A DNA stretch of 64,000 bases from positions 56,905 to 120,904 of the forward strand of contig CBFGIV010000003.1 in NCBI GenBank assembly GCA_965648915.1, given 5' to 3'. Below, in pieces: positions 59,958 through 64,000 of this stretch. Under the pieces are notes generated by a model. That model ran no database searches. It had not been told where the DNA came from and saw only the letters and a list, made by a program, of their open reading frames with translations. Both the position numbers and the translations under genes were made by a program. Origin of the DNA: a candidate division WOR-3 bacterium. GTDB lineage: Bacteria; Hydrothermota; Tepidihabitantia; SM23-42; CAYGYG01. Each line of letters opens with the position of its first letter. Within the stretch, counting starts at the first letter, position 1.

Positions 59958-59985
59958 TTGACAGGGTTTTTTTTTCGAAGATAAT
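59958..59985 (+). promoter_or_regulatory. sigma-70 promoter of the three-gene ATPase operon, probably leaderless
   Basis: TTGACA-16 nt-GATAAT, 6 nt before ATG 59992. Confidence 0.7.
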
Positions 59986-59991
59986 ATCTAT

Positions 59992-60834
59992 ATGGAAGAA
60001 TTGATCGGGTTACTTAAAAGCCAGGCCAAAATTAGTTCAGACCTGCTTAAAAAGATTGAGGATTACCAGAAGTTTAAAGCCGAACCTATTGCCAATGCCT
60101 TTAAACTCGAAAATTTATCCGGCGCGATAAAAAAACTGGGCGAAGAACTACCCGAGTCGAAAACGCAAACACTTTTAAATAAATGGCTTGAAGAAGAACT
60201 GCACCAGATCGCCAGATATAAAGATGATTTTCGTTTAAATTTTAGCAGGGACCTCAAAGAACTTTTAGTCAGGCAGGGAAGGGAGTTAAAAGGCCAGCTC
60301 CCGATTTTAAGATGCGGCTTCTGGACGATCAAGACCGATTTTGAAATAGGCCAAGCAACCATTTTCTGGGGGCCTGAGATTGAGAAATTAAAGACCCGAA
60401 TCATTCTCAATCCCGGGGAGATTGCGCAATCGATCGAAGATTTAGATAAGGATTTGAAGAAGAAATCGATTGCGGGGAAGGATCTTCTCGAACTGGTTTT
60501 CCGGGCTTATGAGCATCATCTGGCCGTCCAGCGATTGGCCCGGGGTGAGAAGATTTTGTTGATTGAACTACTTAATGATCTGGTCTTCCTTATCCAGCCT
60601 CAGGAGTTCAAGAATGACCCGCGCCGGGAAAAATTTAAAGAATATTCACGAGTCAATTTTAGTTATGATCTCTTTCTTTTAAGAAAGACCAACTTAGATC
60701 TTAGCCTCCACGGCCTAAAACTGCGCCTTACCGTTGCTACATTTGATGCAACCCTCGATAAGAGAAGGGCACTGTGGATACCGGACAATGAAAGTGGCGA
60801 AGGGACATATTATTCGTACATCTCGTTCAGTTAA
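59992..60834 (+). CDS. Hypothetical protein (helical N-terminus, alpha/beta C-terminus)
   Basis: 280-aa ORF with its own promoter; no recognised domain; no signal peptide or TM helix. Confidence 0.8.
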   Translation: MEELIGLLKSQAKISSDLLKKIEDYQKFKAEPIANAFKLENLSGAIKKLGEELPESKTQTLLNKWLEEELHQIARYKDDFRLNFSRDLKELLVRQGRELKGQLPILRCGFWTIKTDFEIGQATIFWGPEIEKLKTRIILNPGEIAQSIEDLDKDLKKKSIAGKDLLELVFRAYEHHLAVQRLARGEKILLIELLNDLVFLIQPQEFKNDPRREKFKEYSRVNFSYDLFLLRKTNLDLSLHGLKLRLTVATFDATLDKRRALWIPDNESGEGTYYSYISFS

Positions 60835-60920
60835 CAATGAGTGGTCCAGTGACCGATCTGAAATAGACTCCAGAACTCTCAATCCTTTAACCATGTTTGA
60901 GGTTTTGTATAGATATTCAT

Positions 60921-62198
60921 ATGCTTGACGCCGCTTTAGCTAAAGCCATCATTAACAAACTGGGTGAGAGTGGGACACCGCCAGAATTTGGTATTGAACA
61001 TTTCACGATCGGGCTGGAGCGGTATTTAAGAGTGGTTGAAGACGAATACCTCAGGGGTATCCTCAAATACAATCTCTCTTCTTTTAAACTGGTAACCGGC
61101 AGTTATGGTGGCGGTAAGACCCACTTTCTCTATTCGGTAAGAAATCTTGCCTGGCGCAACAATTTTGTCGTTGCCTATGTCAGCCTCAACCCAACAGAGT
61201 GCCCATTTGATAAACTGGAACTGGTCTATAAGCAGATCGTCACCAATCTTACCCCACCGATGGCCGAAGCTGAACTGCTCAAACCCTGGGAAAAAGGGAT
61301 CGATGCCTTTATGCGTCTCTGGTTTAAAGATATCAGGCAAAAGACCAATGGTGATGAAAAGAAATTGAGTGCCTATCTACTTACAATCAAAGGGATGGAA
61401 TCTTCCAGTTTTACCAATGCGGTGCGGAGTGCCTTCCTGAATCTTATGCAGGATAATGAAGATGGTTATGAATCAGTCCTCCAGTGGCTCAAGGGTGAAG
61501 AGATTACCAAGGAGGTCAGGGCCCTCCATCGCATCTCCGAGCGGATTGATAAGACCACCGCCTTCAGAATGATTCGTTCCCTGATCCAGTGGATCAATTT
61601 AATCGGTTTCTCCGGCGTGATTTTTCTTTTTGATGAGGCAGAGAGGGGGATGAGTATTGCCAGTTCTCGGGATAAACGGCGGGCACTGGATAATCTCCGG
61701 CAGATCGTTGATGAATGCGGTAACAGTCGCTTACCCGGGGCGATGTTCTTCTATGCAGTGCCTGATGAAAATCTTTTGCTGGAAGGTGGAGGCGGGGTCT
61801 ATGAGGCACTCAAACAGAGGCTGAGATCTGCATTTTCCGAGACCAATCCGGTAGGTGTTAAAGTAAATCTTGAAGCATTGAGTATTACACCCCAGGAGTT
61901 TCTTCTGAACCTTGGACTCAAACTCGCCCTGATCTTTGAGGCGGCCTATAACATTTCCTTTGAAGAATCGACCTTAAAAAAATCGGTAACTGCGCTATCC
62001 GAGGCAACACTCCATTATCACGAACTCGACATCGGCTATCGGAGGATCTTTGTTGTCAGTATGGTTGAACTCCTGCAGAGGCTCAAAAACGAACCAGACC
62101 GATCGCTAACCAAACGCGAAGCAGAACAACTATTAAAGTTAACCTCACGCCGGCTCGAAGAACACGAAGCCGAAACGATTGAGCATGAAGAGTTTTGA
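60921..62198 (+). CDS. BrxD/DUF2791-like P-loop ATPase
   Basis: II..L.E.GTPP..G...F.IG, Walker A VTGSYGGGKTHF, VY..I..NL, WLKGE, Walker B IFLFDEAE, AL.NLRQIVD, YEAL.QRL. Confidence 0.85.
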   Translation: MLDAALAKAIINKLGESGTPPEFGIEHFTIGLERYLRVVEDEYLRGILKYNLSSFKLVTGSYGGGKTHFLYSVRNLAWRNNFVVAYVSLNPTECPFDKLELVYKQIVTNLTPPMAEAELLKPWEKGIDAFMRLWFKDIRQKTNGDEKKLSAYLLTIKGMESSSFTNAVRSAFLNLMQDNEDGYESVLQWLKGEEITKEVRALHRISERIDKTTAFRMIRSLIQWINLIGFSGVIFLFDEAERGMSIASSRDKRRALDNLRQIVDECGNSRLPGAMFFYAVPDENLLLEGGGGVYEALKQRLRSAFSETNPVGVKVNLEALSITPQEFLLNLGLKLALIFEAAYNISFEESTLKKSVTALSEATLHYHELDIGYRRIFVVSMVELLQRLKNEPDRSLTKREAEQLLKLTSRRLEEHEAETIEHEEF

Positions 62199-63492
62199 GC
62201 AGTATGTCAGCCATCCGGTCTTTGGTGAGGGGAAAATAATCGACACTCGCCTCCACGGTCAGCAACTCAAAGTGCAATTTCGTAATGGTTTTTTCCTCTG
62301 GCTTCCGGCAGAAGGACTTAAGATAATTGAAAAGGCCGAAATGGCCATCGACAGAATTGGAGCCCATCGAATGATTGAGGCTTTCCGGTTGGGCGTGGTC
62401 CCCCATCAGGATGTAGAAAATTTTACCTTCGGCCGGGAGAATGAAATCAGAATGATCGAGAAGAGCATCGACGATCTCGGGAGAGGAATTGGCGGCAGTT
62501 ATCTAGTCGAAGGCGAATACGGCGCTGGTAAATCCCATATCCTCGAATACACCCGTCATCTTGCGATTAAGAATGGTCTTGCCACGACTTATTGCGAACT
62601 TGACCCTGTGGAGGTGAGCCTCCATCGGCCTAAAAAAGTATATCGAGAACTGGTCCATAATTTAAGATATATCCAGAATGGGACCGAATATTCATTCCGC
62701 GACATTATGCGCCGGGCGGTCTCCTTGAACCTATCCGATCATAAATTCTTTACCCCCCTGCTCCGAAAGTTAAGTCGCCTCGACCAGAGCGACACCCGCA
62801 GCGAGGTCTTCTGGCAATGGATTGAAGGTGAGAGTACCAAAGAGTATGCTGCACATTATAAGGGGCCGTATCGGGTGCCCGGTGCTCAGGGAATTCCGGC
62901 CCTTTATGACTTTTCAACGGCAAGCGATTTTTACTGCTATATCATAAGTGGCTTGAGTTACATCCTAAAGAATCTGGGAATGAAAGGTTTGGTTCTTTTG
63001 ATCGATGAGGCTGAATCAGTTACCCATCTCTGGAATCTGGTTTCTTATGACCGGGGCCTAAACTTTCTTGAAGGGCTGATTCGCACCGCCTTGAATGAAG
63101 AGGCCTTAAAAGAGGTTAACGGACGTATGCTTCACAATCGAGTGCGAACAACTCCCTATATCTATAAAGATGCATATATCTTCCTTCTCATTGCAACAAC
63201 CCCGCAGGTTGGCGAATATTCCTATGCCAAACTCACCAATCTCGTCAAAAAGAGAATCACGCTCCATCCCTTAAGTGAAACGAGCCTGATCGAGTTATTT
63301 GAGCACCTCTGTTTGATATATCAGAAGGCATATCCCGATTTCAATCTTACCCAGGATTGGAAGAAGAAATTATTGAATACCGCTTTAAGAATGAGCGACG
63401 CAGGCGTTCGTTTCTTCATAAAATACTGGGTTGAGGGACTGGATTATTTAAGATGGCGCACAATAAATGGGGAAAAATTTAGGGATGCCTGA
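62185..63492 (+). CDS. Second BrxD/DUF2791-like P-loop ATPase with N-terminal Tudor/SH3-like module
   Basis: N-terminal V.HPVFGEGKII; IEAFRLGVVP....FTFGRE.E; Walker A GEYGAGKSH; VYREL..NL; W..GE; Walker B LVLLIDEAE; 14-nt overlap with the previous gene. Confidence 0.85.
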   Translation: MKSFEQYVSHPVFGEGKIIDTRLHGQQLKVQFRNGFFLWLPAEGLKIIEKAEMAIDRIGAHRMIEAFRLGVVPHQDVENFTFGRENEIRMIEKSIDDLGRGIGGSYLVEGEYGAGKSHILEYTRHLAIKNGLATTYCELDPVEVSLHRPKKVYRELVHNLRYIQNGTEYSFRDIMRRAVSLNLSDHKFFTPLLRKLSRLDQSDTRSEVFWQWIEGESTKEYAAHYKGPYRVPGAQGIPALYDFSTASDFYCYIISGLSYILKNLGMKGLVLLIDEAESVTHLWNLVSYDRGLNFLEGLIRTALNEEALKEVNGRMLHNRVRTTPYIYKDAYIFLLIATTPQVGEYSYAKLTNLVKKRITLHPLSETSLIELFEHLCLIYQKAYPDFNLTQDWKKKLLNTALRMSDAGVRFFIKYWVEGLDYLRWRTINGEKFRDA

Positions 63493-63858
63493 TCACGAAA
63501 ATTACGAATGCAAGTTAAAAGTGAGAAACCAATCTTTTGTTTTGTGAGTTTTCCCTGTTATCAAAAAGCAAACACTTTAGCCGGGTCAAATTTTGCTGGA
63601 GGTGGTTTTGAAAGAGATTTAAAAAGTTATACGCCTGCCTGAAGTCTGAAATTTAAAAACCACTGACTACTTCTGCTACTCTTCAGAAAGATAATGATTG
63701 TTTTTAGAAGCATCTTTAGAACATAATTTTATGCACCAGAATTAGTTTCGGCTTTCGTGGTCTGACCCCGGTTTCTTCCTTATATTGTTATAATATTTAG
63801 ATTTGACCCCATTTAGTACCTATCCACCATTAAATCCTAGGGACTCAATACTCAATTA

Positions 63859-63886
63859 TTGACAATCGAAGCGGTATCAATATAAT
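63859..63886 (+). promoter_or_regulatory. Perfect sigma-70 promoter for the next transcription unit, mostly outside the window
   Basis: TTGACA-16 nt-TATAAT; a possible ATG at 63967 (MQRWQPAEIKQ...) stays open to the edge. Confidence 0.75.
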
Positions 63887-64000
63887 CAGCAGAAGGCAAT
63901 TAAACCTTAGATAAGATTTATTTCTCTTAAACAGAAAAAGACTGATTCTCAACAAAAGTAATATAAATGCAGAGATGGCAACCTGCCGAAATTAAACAGA

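Noticed and set aside
59794..59991. Possible oriC beside rpmH
   Set aside because: No recognisable DnaA boxes and no dnaA gene adjacent.
837..62406. Many 60-160 aa alternate-frame and antisense ORFs in the track
   Set aside because: They lie inside or largely overlap well-supported genes and lack motifs or initiation signals, so they are treated as shadow ORFs.
59992..63492. Calling the ATPase module a BREX system
   Set aside because: None of the defining genes (pglZ, brxC/pglY, pglX) is in the window.
63500..63645. 44-codon ORF MQVKSEKP...YTPA after the second ATPase
   Set aside because: No SD or promoter and no recognisable motif.
63720..63830. DnaA-box-like 9-mers (TTATGCACC, CTATCCACC)
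   Set aside because: Two mismatches each and not clustered; expected by chance in AT-rich DNA.
1..64000. CRISPR arrays, IS elements, prophage genes, rRNA or tRNA
   Set aside because: No regularly spaced repeats, transposase, integrase or phage ORFs, or structural RNA signatures seen by eye; intergenic space is short.

Overview
A gene-dense, moderately AT-rich bacterial chromosomal window with no rRNA, tRNA, CRISPR array or intact mobile element that I can see. The gene content suggests an anaerobic, peptide-fermenting diderm of the FCB-related candidate phyla (WOR-3/TA06-like); this is inference. It includes secreted S8 and C25 proteases, a Kelch protein and a glycoside hydrolase with T9SS-type C-terminal domains, PorV- and PorZ-like genes, a partial leucine-catabolism cluster, butyrate kinase, four-subunit pyruvate:ferredoxin oxidoreductase, sucCD, hypABFC, mglBA and rpmH-rnpA-yidD-yidC-jag-mnmE. 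Three genes are absent from the ORF track: rubredoxin, rpmH and a truncated CarboxypepD_reg-type gene at the left edge. The strongest candidates for something new are: (1) an unannotated ~120-nt sigma-54-dependent transcript with its own terminator just downstream of a GAF / degenerate-GGDEF (intact RxxD) / sigma-54 activator gene, suggesting a c-di-GMP to sigma-54 to sRNA circuit; (2) a stand-alone three-gene operon (uncharacterised protein plus two tandem BrxD/DUF2791-like ATPases) where dnaA usually lies, with no BREX core nearby; (3) a structured 5' leader on the C25 protease; (4) mnmE apparently starting at ATC; and (5) a window-wide promoter pattern of 16-bp spacers with many leaderless starts.
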